Assembly: GCA_002731775.1 (NCBI GenBank)
Contig: PCCP01000082.1
Span: forward strand, 2,091-66,090
Direction of reading: 5' to 3'
Length of the DNA: 64,000 nucleotides
Origin: Gammaproteobacteria bacterium
Lineage (GTDB): Bacteria; Pseudomonadota; Gammaproteobacteria; Pseudomonadales; Pseudohongiellaceae
Positions 32,886 to 42,513 of this stretch are shown here, piece by piece. The notes beneath the pieces were generated by a model. It worked only from the letters and a program-made list of their open reading frames with translations. It had not been told where the DNA came from and did no database searches. The position numbers and the translations under genes are program-made. The number at the start of each line of letters is the position of its first letter. The stretch's first letter is position 1.

Positions 32886-35507
32886 ATGAAATATTTACGC
32901 GCCGCGGAGCGCTTCCTGGTAGTCGTAATTGTGGCCCTGGTGCTGCCCTCAACCCTTGCCGCCCAGGCGCCTGCGCCGAGTGACGTTTTCGGTTTTGAAC
33001 CAGGAGATGACTACAAACTGGCCAGTTACGATCAGCTGCTGGAATACTATCGGCAGCTTGACGCTGCGAGCCCACGAGTGGTCTTGCAGGAAATTGGTAA
33101 TACGGTGCTGGGTCGACCATTGCTGCTATTGCTTATATCCAGTGAGGCCAACCTGGCTCAGCTGGATCGCTGGCAACAAATTAGCACCGATTTGGCAACC
33201 GCCCGAATCGACGAGGAAACGGCACGCCAGTACGCCAGGGAAGGCAAGGCTGTCGTCTGGATCGATGGTGGTCTGCACGCCACGGAGGTTGCGCCGTCAC
33301 AGATGTTGCCTAATTTAGCGCACCATATGGCGACCGATGAGAGTGAAGAAACACGACGCATTCGTGACAACGTGATCCTGCTGCTGATGCCCAGTATGAA
33401 TCCAGATGGCCTGGAAATAGTGCGCAACTGGTACCAGCGTAACCTCGAGACACCATTTGAAACCACACGACCTCCGGAACTCTACCACCACTATGTCGGA
33501 CATGATAATAATCGCGACTGGTTCATGAACAACATGCCAGAAACAGCGGCTGTCAGCAAAGTGCTTTACCAGCAGTGGTTTCCTCAAATCGTTTACAATC
33601 ATCACCAGAGCGGACCATCCTGGGCGCGCATTTTCCTGCCGCCTTTTTCCGACCCGGTAAACCCTAACATACATCCCGGGGTAACTACCGGTGTTAACCT
33701 GGTTGGCTCAGCCATGTCTAACCGTTTTGCCATGAAGCAGATGCCAGGGGCAGTGTCAGACATGACCTTCAGCATGTGGTGGAATGGTGGCATGCGCACC
33801 GTACCCTATTTTCACAACATGATTGGCCTATTGACTGAAACTTCTCATGCAACGGCGTCACCACGTTATTACGATCCTGAAGAACGACCGGAGCAGGTGG
33901 GGAATCCCCGGCGTGGGCAGTCGGCTCCTACCAGTGGCGAGGATATTTTCTATCCCTACCCCTGGCCCGGAGGTGATTCCCGCTTCAGTGATCCTGTGCG
34001 GTACACCTTCACCGCTTCCATGGCGGTGCTTGATATCGCCGCGGATCTCAAGGCGCGCTGGCTCTATGGTATTTACTCTATGGGCCGAGACGCCATCGCC
34101 GCGGCGGATGAGAATCGTTTTGCCTATGTGATCCCAGCTCAGCAATGGGACCCGCAAGAGGCCCGAAATCTGGTGGAGATCCTCATGCGCGGTGGTGTGG
34201 AAATTGAGAGCGCCAGTGAATATTTTTCCGCAGGCGAACATAACTTCGAAGCTGGCTCACACATCATCTATGGCAACCAGGCATTCAGAAATTACGCTAT
34301 CGACCTTTTAGAGAAACAGAGCTACCCGGACCGGCGCCGCACGCCCGATGGCCCGCCAGATCCCCCTTACGATCTTGCCGGCTGGACTCTGCCCATGCAG
34401 ATGGGGGTGGAAGTCATGCGGATCGATGAGGCTTTCTCCGCCAGCAGCCAGGCGCTTTCAGGCTTTCCTGACATCGAACCCGGATCGGTGTCCGGTGATC
34501 CCGGCTTCGGCTTTGCCTTCTCGTCTCAGACCAATGCTAATGTCCACGCGCTCAACCGCCTGACTCGCGCCGGTGAACGTGTGTTCCGGAGTGAGCAGGG
34601 TTTTACTGCGGGCAGCACAGATTTTCCGGCAGGAAGCTACATCGTTGAAAATCAGGGTCAGAATACTGTTTACCGGGTGAATGCAGCGGCAGCAACATTG
34701 GGCTTGGATTTTGTTGGTTTGAGTAGCAGATCGAATGTCGCGCTTACGCTGCAAGAACCTGTACGGGTTGGACTGTACAAGTCCTGGGTAGCGAACATGG
34801 ATGAGGGCTGGACGCGTTGGTTACTCGAGAACTATGAATTCGAGTTTGAAACATTGCTCGATCGGGATGTGCGCGAAACCGATCTATCCCGCTTCGATGC
34901 GATCCTGTTACCTAGTCAGGATGCGGCCTCGCTGCTGAATGGACACACGCCCGGTACCATGCCGGACGAATATGTTGGGGGGCTAGGTCTCGCGGGCGCC
35001 CTCGCTCTCAAGCAATTCGTGGAAGCCGGCGGCACACTGGTCACGCTTGATGCCGCCAGTGATTTCGCAATTAAGCAGTTCGGATTGCCAGTCGAGAACA
35101 CCGTCGCTGACACCACAGACCGTCAGTTCTTTATTCCCGGTTCTCTGATTCGTGCCAAAGTGGATACCAGCCATCCCTTGGCAGCCGGAACGCAAGAAGA
35201 ATTGGCTACCTCCTTCGTGAACAGTCGTGCGTTTGAAGTTGTGACTATCCCTCGTACTCAGGAAGGCGGTGAAGAACAGACACCGGAGCCGCCAGAGCAA
35301 CCAGTGGAAACCATTGTCAGTTATGCAAAAGAGGATATTTTGATGAGCGGCTGGGCTCTCGGGGAAGAAGAATACATCGCTGAGAAGGCGGCCATGATGA
35401 AGGTCCGCCTGGGTGAAGGTAGTGTTATCCTGTTCGGGTTCCGGCCCCAGTTTCGAGGTCAGCCACGGGCGACGTATAAATTGCTATTCAATTCGCTGCT
35501 GCAATAA
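32886..35507 (+). CDS. secreted M14-family zinc carboxypeptidase (large form)
   Basis: 873 aa with signal peptide. VVWIDGGLHATEVA and HHYVGHDNNRDWF are the M14 zinc/active-site blocks. Confidence 0.8.
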   Translation: MKYLRAAERFLVVVIVALVLPSTLAAQAPAPSDVFGFEPGDDYKLASYDQLLEYYRQLDAASPRVVLQEIGNTVLGRPLLLLLISSEANLAQLDRWQQISTDLATARIDEETARQYAREGKAVVWIDGGLHATEVAPSQMLPNLAHHMATDESEETRRIRDNVILLLMPSMNPDGLEIVRNWYQRNLETPFETTRPPELYHHYVGHDNNRDWFMNNMPETAAVSKVLYQQWFPQIVYNHHQSGPSWARIFLPPFSDPVNPNIHPGVTTGVNLVGSAMSNRFAMKQMPGAVSDMTFSMWWNGGMRTVPYFHNMIGLLTETSHATASPRYYDPEERPEQVGNPRRGQSAPTSGEDIFYPYPWPGGDSRFSDPVRYTFTASMAVLDIAADLKARWLYGIYSMGRDAIAAADENRFAYVIPAQQWDPQEARNLVEILMRGGVEIESASEYFSAGEHNFEAGSHIIYGNQAFRNYAIDLLEKQSYPDRRRTPDGPPDPPYDLAGWTLPMQMGVEVMRIDEAFSASSQALSGFPDIEPGSVSGDPGFGFAFSSQTNANVHALNRLTRAGERVFRSEQGFTAGSTDFPAGSYIVENQGQNTVYRVNAAAATLGLDFVGLSSRSNVALTLQEPVRVGLYKSWVANMDEGWTRWLLENYEFEFETLLDRDVRETDLSRFDAILLPSQDAASLLNGHTPGTMPDEYVGGLGLAGALALKQFVEAGGTLVTLDAASDFAIKQFGLPVENTVADTTDRQFFIPGSLIRAKVDTSHPLAAGTQEELATSFVNSRAFEVVTIPRTQEGGEEQTPEPPEQPVETIVSYAKEDILMSGWALGEEEYIAEKAAMMKVRLGEGSVILFGFRPQFRGQPRATYKLLFNSLLQ

Positions 35508-35509
35508 AT

Positions 35510-35582
35510 AGGGACAGACCACGTTTTTCGATTTCAGAGACTGGCTAATTGCCGTCCGAATAGAAAAACGTGGTCTGTCCCT
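35510..35582. repeat. R2-type palindromic element, perfect 20-bp arms
   Basis: AGGGACAGACCACGTTTTTC (35510-35529) and GAAAAACGTGGTCTGTCCCT (35563-35582), between convergent M14 and S9 peptidase genes. Confidence 0.9.
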
Positions 35583-35591
35583 AGTTTTGTT

Positions 35592-38039
35592 CTACTCCCC
35601 CTTCACATAACGATTAAGCCAGCTATTCATCTCCCAGAGTGTGTGCATGACGGATTCCCGTGCACGATATCCATGACTCTCGTGTGGCAGCATCACCAGC
35701 CTTGCCTTGACGCCATGACCCTTGAGCGCGTTATAAAAACGGCGGCTCTGCAGTGGAAATGTGCCTGAATTGTTATCGGCCTCCCCGTGTATCATCAGAA
35801 TCGGCTCGCTGATCATCTGTGCGTGCATAAAGGGGGACATATCGAAGTAGATGTCCGGCGCCTCCCAGTAAGTTCGCTCTTCGGATTGGAAACCGAAGGG
35901 TGTCAGCGTGCGGTTATAGGCGCCGCTCCTGGCCAGTCCGGTAACGAACAGATCGGAGTGCGCCAGCAAATTGGCTGTCATGAAAGCGCCGTAGGAATGT
36001 CCACCGATCGCAATCAGGTCCCTCTCTGCCACCCCTCGCGCTACCACCTCATTAACGGCGGCCGCGGCACTGCTCACCAACTGCTCGACAAAGCCATCAT
36101 TTGGTTCCTGTTCGCCCTCACCTATGATAGGCATAGTCGGTCCATCCAGCACGGCATAGCCACTGGCCAGGAATGGTAGCGGGCCGTTCACACTGATGCC
36201 GTTAAAACGGTAACGGGAACCACGCATTTGCCCCGCCGATGCAGCATCTTTGTATTCACGGGGATAGGCCCACATCAGCATGGGGAAAGGCCCGTCTTCC
36301 GGTGACATGCCCGGTGGCAGATAGAGTGTCGCCGTGAGCATCACGCCATCGTCTCTTCGATAACGTATTACTTCCTTGTACACGCTGGCCAACTGCGGAT
36401 AAGGGTGAGGGAAGCGGGTTAAGGCCTGGGCGGAGGCCGGATCGCCGAGCGCGACTCGAAAATAATTTCCAGGTGTACCGGGGGATTCTCGCCGAATTAG
36501 CACAGACTGATGATCATCGTCCAGGAAGGAAATGAAGGAGGCATAAGTGGGTGCTGTAGATTGCCAGAGTCGCTCAGTGGATTGGCTGGCAAGCTCAAGG
36601 CGGTCAAGAAAAGGGCGATCACCCTCGACGGAAGCCCCCTGGCCCCGCAGATAGATAGCGCTATTGTCAGCGTCCAGCAACAGGTTGTGGCGGCCATAGG
36701 CATTCGCTACAAGTACCGGTGACCCCGGGTCGTTGTAGCGATCTTCGCTGGTGCGATCGAATAGCAGAGTCTTGCCCGCAGACGCTGCATCTGGCGCCAC
36801 CATCCAGGTACGTATCTGCCTGCTGCTCCACCAGTTCTCCGATACCAGTGCGAGCTCGCCGTTACCCCAGCTTATGCCGGCATATCTCATCTCAAGGGCA
36901 ATGATTTGTTCAGGCTCACCTGTGAAGGGCGCAGCCATCGAGCGCACTACGTCTCTTATGTCTACATCTGCCCTGGGATCACCGCCGTCACGGGCCTCCA
37001 CCCAAACCAGTGTGGCGCCGGTGTCGCTGCGCCAATTTACCGAGCGGGGTCCGGTGGGCACGGCACCGCGACCGATTGGCACTTCTTCGGCCAGCGGCAG
37101 GTCGGCCAGTTGCCAGACGATGTCAGCGCTTGCATTCAACACCTCATAACGGCGAGGAAATCTCGAGTTTGGCACCAGGTAAGAGAATGGTCGATGTATT
37201 ACTTCCACCAGGAAATACTCGCCGTCCGGGGAAGAACTGGCACGGCGGACGAGCCCAGGTTCACTCAGGATTGATTTGCTACCATCTAAAGAAACTAACA
37301 ATAGTTGCACAGCGCCATAGTGCTCGAATAAATCTTCGTCGTGGGAGTTAACCATTAGATCCTGGTAAGTACGTGCAGCGGCCGGTCGACCCGATGACTC
37401 CTGTATTATCGGTCCTGTAGGCACCAGCGGCTGCACCGGAGCGAGCCCCCGCTCTTCGGGAATGGACTTCACCAGCAGGGTCCCACTGTCTGATAACCAC
37501 GAGTAGGGTTGCCCGAAGATGGCATTTACCGGTGTGTCCAGCAGCTTGCGCGCCTGTGCGGAATCGACATCGGCCGTCCACAATTCAATATGGGAGCCCC
37601 GGTCCAGAACGAACGCCAGGTGAAGTCCATCGGGCGACCAGCTTACCGAGTCGATGCGGGGATTGGCCGGCAAGCCGCTGATCCTGCGCTCACTTCCATC
37701 GCTTAGATTCTCCAGGGTCAGCCCTTTGTAGTATGCGCGCCGACTGGCAGCGTTGTTAGCCGGATTGATGCGCATACCGGCGATACGTAATTCCTTCTCC
37801 GACAACTCCGCGATCGACGGCAGTCCGTTGCGACTCATCAATACCATCCACTGTTTCTGCGGGCCAACGGAAACTGTCGGTGTCGGCTCGGCGTCGACGA
37901 TGTCGGCGATATCAAGCGGCGGCAAACGGTATGACGAGTTTGTACCTTGGGCATTCGCCAGCATGCCCCAATTCAAAAACACCGATACTAATAGCAAACA
38001 AACGTTGAACTTCAAAGAGGCTCTGATGGTCATGGTCAC
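35592..38039 (-). CDS. secreted S9-family serine peptidase (prolyl oligopeptidase/DPP type) with N-terminal beta-propeller
   Basis: 815 aa. Nucleophile elbow IAIGGHSYGAFM. MIHGEADNN and LPHESHGY supply Asp and His. Confidence 0.85.
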   Translation of the reverse strand: MTMTIRASLKFNVCLLLVSVFLNWGMLANAQGTNSSYRLPPLDIADIVDAEPTPTVSVGPQKQWMVLMSRNGLPSIAELSEKELRIAGMRINPANNAASRRAYYKGLTLENLSDGSERRISGLPANPRIDSVSWSPDGLHLAFVLDRGSHIELWTADVDSAQARKLLDTPVNAIFGQPYSWLSDSGTLLVKSIPEERGLAPVQPLVPTGPIIQESSGRPAAARTYQDLMVNSHDEDLFEHYGAVQLLLVSLDGSKSILSEPGLVRRASSSPDGEYFLVEVIHRPFSYLVPNSRFPRRYEVLNASADIVWQLADLPLAEEVPIGRGAVPTGPRSVNWRSDTGATLVWVEARDGGDPRADVDIRDVVRSMAAPFTGEPEQIIALEMRYAGISWGNGELALVSENWWSSRQIRTWMVAPDAASAGKTLLFDRTSEDRYNDPGSPVLVANAYGRHNLLLDADNSAIYLRGQGASVEGDRPFLDRLELASQSTERLWQSTAPTYASFISFLDDDHQSVLIRRESPGTPGNYFRVALGDPASAQALTRFPHPYPQLASVYKEVIRYRRDDGVMLTATLYLPPGMSPEDGPFPMLMWAYPREYKDAASAGQMRGSRYRFNGISVNGPLPFLASGYAVLDGPTMPIIGEGEQEPNDGFVEQLVSSAAAAVNEVVARGVAERDLIAIGGHSYGAFMTANLLAHSDLFVTGLARSGAYNRTLTPFGFQSEERTYWEAPDIYFDMSPFMHAQMISEPILMIHGEADNNSGTFPLQSRRFYNALKGHGVKARLVMLPHESHGYRARESVMHTLWEMNSWLNRYVKGE

Positions 38040-38092
38040 TCCATTTATAAAGGGGCTTTAATGGTCGCAGTCAGTGTATCGAGGAAATACGC

Positions 38093-38161
38093 AAATGGGA
38101 CAGATGTATTTGTCTTCCGAGGGAAAAACATATCGGGCGGCAGGGGCAGATCTGAAATATT
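38093..38161. repeat. two R1-like half-sites in direct orientation
   Basis: AAATGGGACAGATGTATTTG (38093-38112) and CAGGGGCAGATCTGAAATATT (38141-38161). Confidence 0.6.
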
Positions 38162-38203
38162 CGGGGAGAGTAGTTTGATTGCAGCCATGATAGCCAGGGT
38201 TTC

Positions 38204-38225
38204 AAATTACTCTGACCCCTTTGAT
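38204..38225. repeat. R4-type half-site
   Basis: AAATTACTCTGACCCCTTTGAT. Confidence 0.7.
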
Positions 38226-38230
38226 CCCCA

Positions 38231-39493
38231 TCAAACACTGAGCTGCTTGATAGCGCGAACCAGAGCGTCGAGTTCTGCGGTGGTGGTATACACATTCGGC
38301 GTGACACGCACACCCCTGACGCCGGGCCGATCAATTGCAGCGGTAAATATTCCGTAATCATTCATGAGGGCATCCGCAAGACCGCCTGGCGCGATGCCTT
38401 CGACGCCCACATTGCCGATGCCGCCGTGACGGCTCAATTCCACCGGTGTATTTATGATAATGCCGGGTTGATCACGTAACTTACTGGTCCAGTAATGTTG
38501 CAGATACTGTAGTCTCGCGGCCTTGCGATCGAGACCTATAGTGTTCTGGTATTCTATCGCATTCAGTATCGCCAGGTCAGTATGTACCGGATGGGTGCCG
38601 ATGTGATTCAGTCGGCGAATGTCATTGGGCTCAAGGTCGCGCTCCGCGAACAATGGCCACACACTGTCAATCTTCTCTTTCTTGACATACAACATGCCCG
38701 AGCCGAGCGGTGCGCTTAACCACTTGTGCAGGCTGGTTCCGTAGTAATCACAATCGAGATCCTGCATCTGAAAAGTAATGTGTGAAAACGCATGGGCGCC
38801 ATCTACCATGACCTCAACGCCTCTCGCGTGCGCCATATCGACGATCTTGCGAACCGGTAATACCTGCCCGGTGATGTTCACCATGTGGCAAACCATCAAT
38901 AAGCGAGTCTTGTCGGTTATGGCTGCCGCATAAAGGTCGACGATTTCCTGATCATTGCTGGGGTGATTTGGCACAGACACCAGTCGATTAACCGTGCCGA
39001 AACGCCTTTCAATTAATTTGAAATGGTTGAGCATGGCGCCATAGTCCTGCTCCGCCATCACCGCCTCATCACCCGCCTGCCAGTCCAGGCCGCCAATTAT
39101 CAGATCCAGCGATTCAGTGGTATTGCGCGTGATGGCGACTTCTTGGGTGATGCAGCCAACAATTTCGGCCACCTTCTCGGCGACCCTGTTCTTGTTCTCA
39201 AACTGAACGGTGCGCATGTAGTACGAGCCTTCGTAGTTAATGTTACGCATGTGCTCGACCAGGTGATCCATGGTCTGCCGGGGCATGAAACAGTAATAGC
39301 CGTTCTCGAGATTGATGTAGTCCGGCTTGATATCGTAGTCGCCGCGCACCTTGAGCCAGAAATCTTCGTCGCCGGCGAGGTCGGCTGGAGCCAGATGCTC
39401 CGCGGCAGCGACAGCTCTCTTTAGATGAGCAAAACTTAATGGTGCCGCAAGACCCATCAAACCCGCATTTTTGAGAAATGATCGCTTGTCCAT
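38231..39493 (-). CDS. class V aminotransferase-fold PLP enzyme with Tat-like (KR) leader
   Basis: Start moved to ATG 39493 (MDKRSFLKNAGLMGLAAPLSFA). LMVCHMVNITGQVLP, GTSLHKWLSAPLGSGMLYV match the cysteine desulfurase / isopenicillin-N-epimerase-like pattern. Confidence 0.7.
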   Translation of the reverse strand: MDKRSFLKNAGLMGLAAPLSFAHLKRAVAAAEHLAPADLAGDEDFWLKVRGDYDIKPDYINLENGYYCFMPRQTMDHLVEHMRNINYEGSYYMRTVQFENKNRVAEKVAEIVGCITQEVAITRNTTESLDLIIGGLDWQAGDEAVMAEQDYGAMLNHFKLIERRFGTVNRLVSVPNHPSNDQEIVDLYAAAITDKTRLLMVCHMVNITGQVLPVRKIVDMAHARGVEVMVDGAHAFSHITFQMQDLDCDYYGTSLHKWLSAPLGSGMLYVKKEKIDSVWPLFAERDLEPNDIRRLNHIGTHPVHTDLAILNAIEYQNTIGLDRKAARLQYLQHYWTSKLRDQPGIIINTPVELSRHGGIGNVGVEGIAPGGLADALMNDYGIFTAAIDRPGVRGVRVTPNVYTTTAELDALVRAIKQLSV

Positions 39494-39597
39494 GACTGAC
39501 CTCTTGTGGTTATAGATTTCAGGCCTCAGCGGTAAAGCGCGAGGTAAATAAGCAGAATAAAAGCTATGTCCATTTATGTCCACTCTTCCATTTGCAC

Positions 39598-39681
39598 AAA
39601 AAATAAGGACAGACCCCGTTTTCCTGTTGAAGCCGGAGTTGGCCTATCTCAGCAATGAAAACGTGGTGTGTCCGCATTTTT
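39598..39681. repeat. R2-type palindromic element (diverged), preceded by an R5-like TCCATTTGCACA fragment (39583-39598)
   Basis: AAAAATAAGGACAGACCCCGTTTTCC ... GAAAACGTGGTGTGTCCGCATTTTT. Confidence 0.75.
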
Positions 39682-39740
39682 TTGGTAGCGGTAAAGCTTG
39701 CTCTTTAGGTCCGTCGTGGGATTATGAGCTTGATGTTCGG

Positions 39741-40034
39741 CTATGCTGCAATCGTCCGCTGAACATGCTCCGGATCGGCCCGGATCATACGTAGGTAGTT
39801 CGTTGCCCCAGCGTCGGGTTTGCGTTTGCCCTGCTCCCAACCTTTGATTGTATCGAGACTCAGTTGAAACGAGCGCGCGAAAACAGCTTGGGACATATTT
39901 ACACTGGTACGAACGGCTTTGATTTCCGTTGGGCTCAACACAACATAGACTGATTTTGGCGTCGAGGCGCCTTTAGCGATCTTCACCGCCTCTTTCAGAT
40001 TAGCATTGGGTTCCTTAAACAGCTTATCGTCCAT
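39741..40034 (-). CDS. HTH (XRE/HigA-2-like) antitoxin
   Basis: SPTEIKAVRTSVNMSQAVFARSFQLSLDTIKGWEQGKRKPDAGATNYLRMIRADPE is a typical COG2944-type antitoxin. Start ATG 40034 (alternative 40070). Confidence 0.75.
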   Translation of the reverse strand: MDDKLFKEPNANLKEAVKIAKGASTPKSVYVVLSPTEIKAVRTSVNMSQAVFARSFQLSLDTIKGWEQGKRKPDAGATNYLRMIRADPEHVQRTIAA

Positions 40035-40054
40035 CGCTTGTCTCCTAAGCAAAC

Positions 40055-40355
40055 TCATCGACGATGGCATCGACGTGTTTTTTTAACTGCGCCTGTATGT
40101 ACGTTCGTCAAATTTTCCTGGCTTGCTTTCGCGTGTATCAACAACAATAGAATAGGCTTGTCTTAATTGTGATAGTAGTAAATCCCTCGAGCCCTGCCGC
40201 TCTTGCCCTTCCCTGGACGGGCAATGCGTGCCTTGGATAACGCGGCCCGCCTTTGGGCATTTGGCCAGGAATTCCTGCATGTCATTAAATCCGGCCTTGG
40301 TTGACAGGCTACGAGCCTCATCTTCAAACGTCCCTATTGGAACTAGTATCTGCAT
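40055..40355 (-). pseudogene. decayed RelE/HigB-superfamily toxin gene (frameshift plus in-frame stop)
   Basis: Frame 0 gives MQILVPIGTFEDEARSL..CPKAGRVIQGT. The conserved continuation ARIARPGKGKSGRARGIYYYHN, then TAA, then DKPILLLLIHAKASQENLT is only readable in the +1 frame and holds a TAA at 40165-40163. Confidence 0.65.
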
Positions 40356-40510
40356 CAGCTGTGACCCAATGAATCATATTGTGGTTCAATGACCGCCATT
40401 GCGTCAACCCCTGGCTGGTTTATGTCCGCTCGTCTATTGGTCCGGGAGTGGATAATGGCGACAAACTAAATTTTTTGGAATTCTGTGGCAGCTCGATAAC
40501 TGCAACAAAT

Positions 40511-40537
40511 GAAAAACGTGGTCTGCCCCTATTTATT
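40511..40537. repeat. R2-type half-site
   Basis: GAAAAACGTGGTCTGCCCCTATTTATT, 36 nt upstream of ATG 40574. Confidence 0.8.
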
Positions 40538-40573
40538 CATCTAAGATTAGCTAAAATCAGACAAGACTCTCAC

Positions 40574-41284
40574 ATGAAAATTGGCATACTCAAAGCCGAC
40601 AATGTTCGGCCCGAATTGGTAGATAACTTTGGGGAATACCCAGAGATGTTTCGTGAAATTTTGCTTGCTGCTGATCCGAATACAGAAATTATCAGCTACG
40701 AGATCATGTCAGGTGAATATCCCGGCGACATCGATGAAGTCGATGGATATGTGATTACCGGTAGCAAGTTGAGCGTTTATGATGATGTCGAATGGATCAG
40801 ACAGCTCGGACACTTCATACAGCGTTTACATCGGGCGAAGAAAAAACTGGTGGGCATTTGTTTCGGTCATCAGATGGTGGCGCATTTTCTCGGGGGTCGA
40901 ACCGAAAAATCTGATAACGGCTGGGGGGTTGGCATCCATCGATCGAAATTTACGGAAGCTGCACCAAAATATGGTGAAGCAGGAAGTAGCTTTAACCTGG
41001 TTTGCAGCCATCAGGACCAGGTAATTGAACCCGCGCCATCCAGTGTCGTACTGGCTAGTAGTGATTTCTGCCCTTTTTCCATGCTCCAGATCGAAGATCA
41101 TATTCTGACCCTGCAAGGCCATCCGGAATTCAAACGTGAGTTTTCTCGATCCCTGTTGGAATTGCGCCGCGAGGTTTTTGGCGAATCCTGTTATGAGCAA
41201 GGCATGGAGTCGCTTGAACAAACAACAGACGCCTATCAGGTAGGCAAATGGATGACAGATTTTATCTCGTCAGATGCAGCTTGA
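40574..41284 (+). CDS. class I glutamine amidotransferase-like protein
   Basis: Start moved to ATG 40574 (MKIGILKADN...). Nucleophile elbow LVGICFGHQMVA and downstream LQGHPEF. Confidence 0.7.
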   Translation: MKIGILKADNVRPELVDNFGEYPEMFREILLAADPNTEIISYEIMSGEYPGDIDEVDGYVITGSKLSVYDDVEWIRQLGHFIQRLHRAKKKLVGICFGHQMVAHFLGGRTEKSDNGWGVGIHRSKFTEAAPKYGEAGSSFNLVCSHQDQVIEPAPSSVVLASSDFCPFSMLQIEDHILTLQGHPEFKREFSRSLLELRREVFGESCYEQGMESLEQTTDAYQVGKWMTDFISSDAA

Positions 41285-41316
41285 TTTAAAATCCCGAATA
41301 CGTCCCCAAGCAGTCT

Positions 41317-42141
41317 TTAATAGGGTTGATCGCCATCGATGGTGATTCGGTGGAGCTTCCGATGCGCCGGGAAGTAGTCATTGATGGGTTTGTGTTGGGT
41401 GCTGCGATTATCCCATAGTGCAATACAATCCGGTGTCCAGTTAAACCGGCAAGTGAACTCAGGCGTGGTGACGTGTGCGAATAAAAAGTCCAGCACCGCT
41501 CGACTTTCCTTTTTCTTCATGCCGATGATGTGAGTAGTAAACAAGCTATTGACGAAAATAACTTTTTTGCCACTTTCCGGGTGAGTTTGAATTACCGGGT
41601 GCTCAACCGGTGGATTGTCTTTGACTGCCTGAGCGAGCCGTTCGGCTCCACCCGGTTCCTCGAGGCTTTCTTTGAAACCCAATCGAAAATCATGTACCGC
41701 CATCAGCCCGTCTAATAATTGCTGTATATGGCTGGAAAGATCTTCATACGCTGCAGTCATGCTAGACCACAGCGTATCGCCGCCACGCTCGGGAATAATT
41801 TTCGAGCGCAGAACCGTAGCCAACGGTGGATGCAGGCGAAATGTCATGTCGCTATGCCAGGCTTCGATCTTGGTCGGTTCTTCAGCTGTGCTTTCCAGGA
41901 CGGTGATTTCCGGAAAGCCCTCGACAGTGCCGTAGGCGGGATGGGTCTGCAGAGGACCAAAGGACTTGGCCAGGGCTTTTTGTTGAGCCGGAGAAACATC
42001 CTGGTCACGAAAGAAAATCACTTCATGCTCGACCAGCAATTTGCGAACTTGTTCATAATCGGCCACTGAAAGTGTCTGAGTAAGGTCGATTCCCTCGACC
42101 TCTGCACCGAGAGCGCCCGCCATAGGTTTACTCGTAATCAT
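41317..42141 (-). CDS. TauD/TfdA-family Fe(II)/2-oxoglutarate dioxygenase
   Basis: 274 aa. GAEVEGIDLTQ, IEAWHSDMTF, LWDNRSTQH are hallmark TauD blocks. Confidence 0.8.
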   Translation of the reverse strand: MITSKPMAGALGAEVEGIDLTQTLSVADYEQVRKLLVEHEVIFFRDQDVSPAQQKALAKSFGPLQTHPAYGTVEGFPEITVLESTAEEPTKIEAWHSDMTFRLHPPLATVLRSKIIPERGGDTLWSSMTAAYEDLSSHIQQLLDGLMAVHDFRLGFKESLEEPGGAERLAQAVKDNPPVEHPVIQTHPESGKKVIFVNSLFTTHIIGMKKKESRAVLDFLFAHVTTPEFTCRFNWTPDCIALWDNRSTQHKPINDYFPAHRKLHRITIDGDQPY

Positions 42142-42513
42142 GCGTTCCTCATCAAAAGTCAGAAAGGTCTTGGTTAGGGATCTTCATCAATATCAATTTC
42201 GTCGCGCCGCTTCGATCTGATGCATTCCTGGGCTGGCAAGCCGATTCAGCAATTTTCCATCACTCAATTCTTCAATTGACATCCAGAAACCAACAGATCA
42301 TACACCCTTTTTCGTTAAACACAGCTATTCCAAACTCAGTGTAATGTTCAGCCGATATCCTACAGTGACTGCTATGGCACGCAGCAAGTAATTGAATTGT
42401 GAGGTAGACTACCCAAACATTTGCGACAGCGTTTTAATTATGATCGGATTTGTGACCCGATTTACTCAGGGATCATTAACACCTCGACTCTTCCAAGTAG
42501 GTAGCCGAGCCAC

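Noticed and set aside
39583-40574. The TA module, IS3 stub, RAYT fragments and DUF1640 gene as parts of a prophage or genomic island.
   Set aside because: They are dispersed over 13 kb among ordinary metabolic genes. No integrase, capsid, tail or tRNA attachment site was seen.
42142-42513. Glycine riboswitch upstream of the AGCS symporter, a common arrangement.
   Set aside because: I could not find the conserved GGAGAG / CACCG-type cores or a plausible tandem aptamer in the 372-nt gap.
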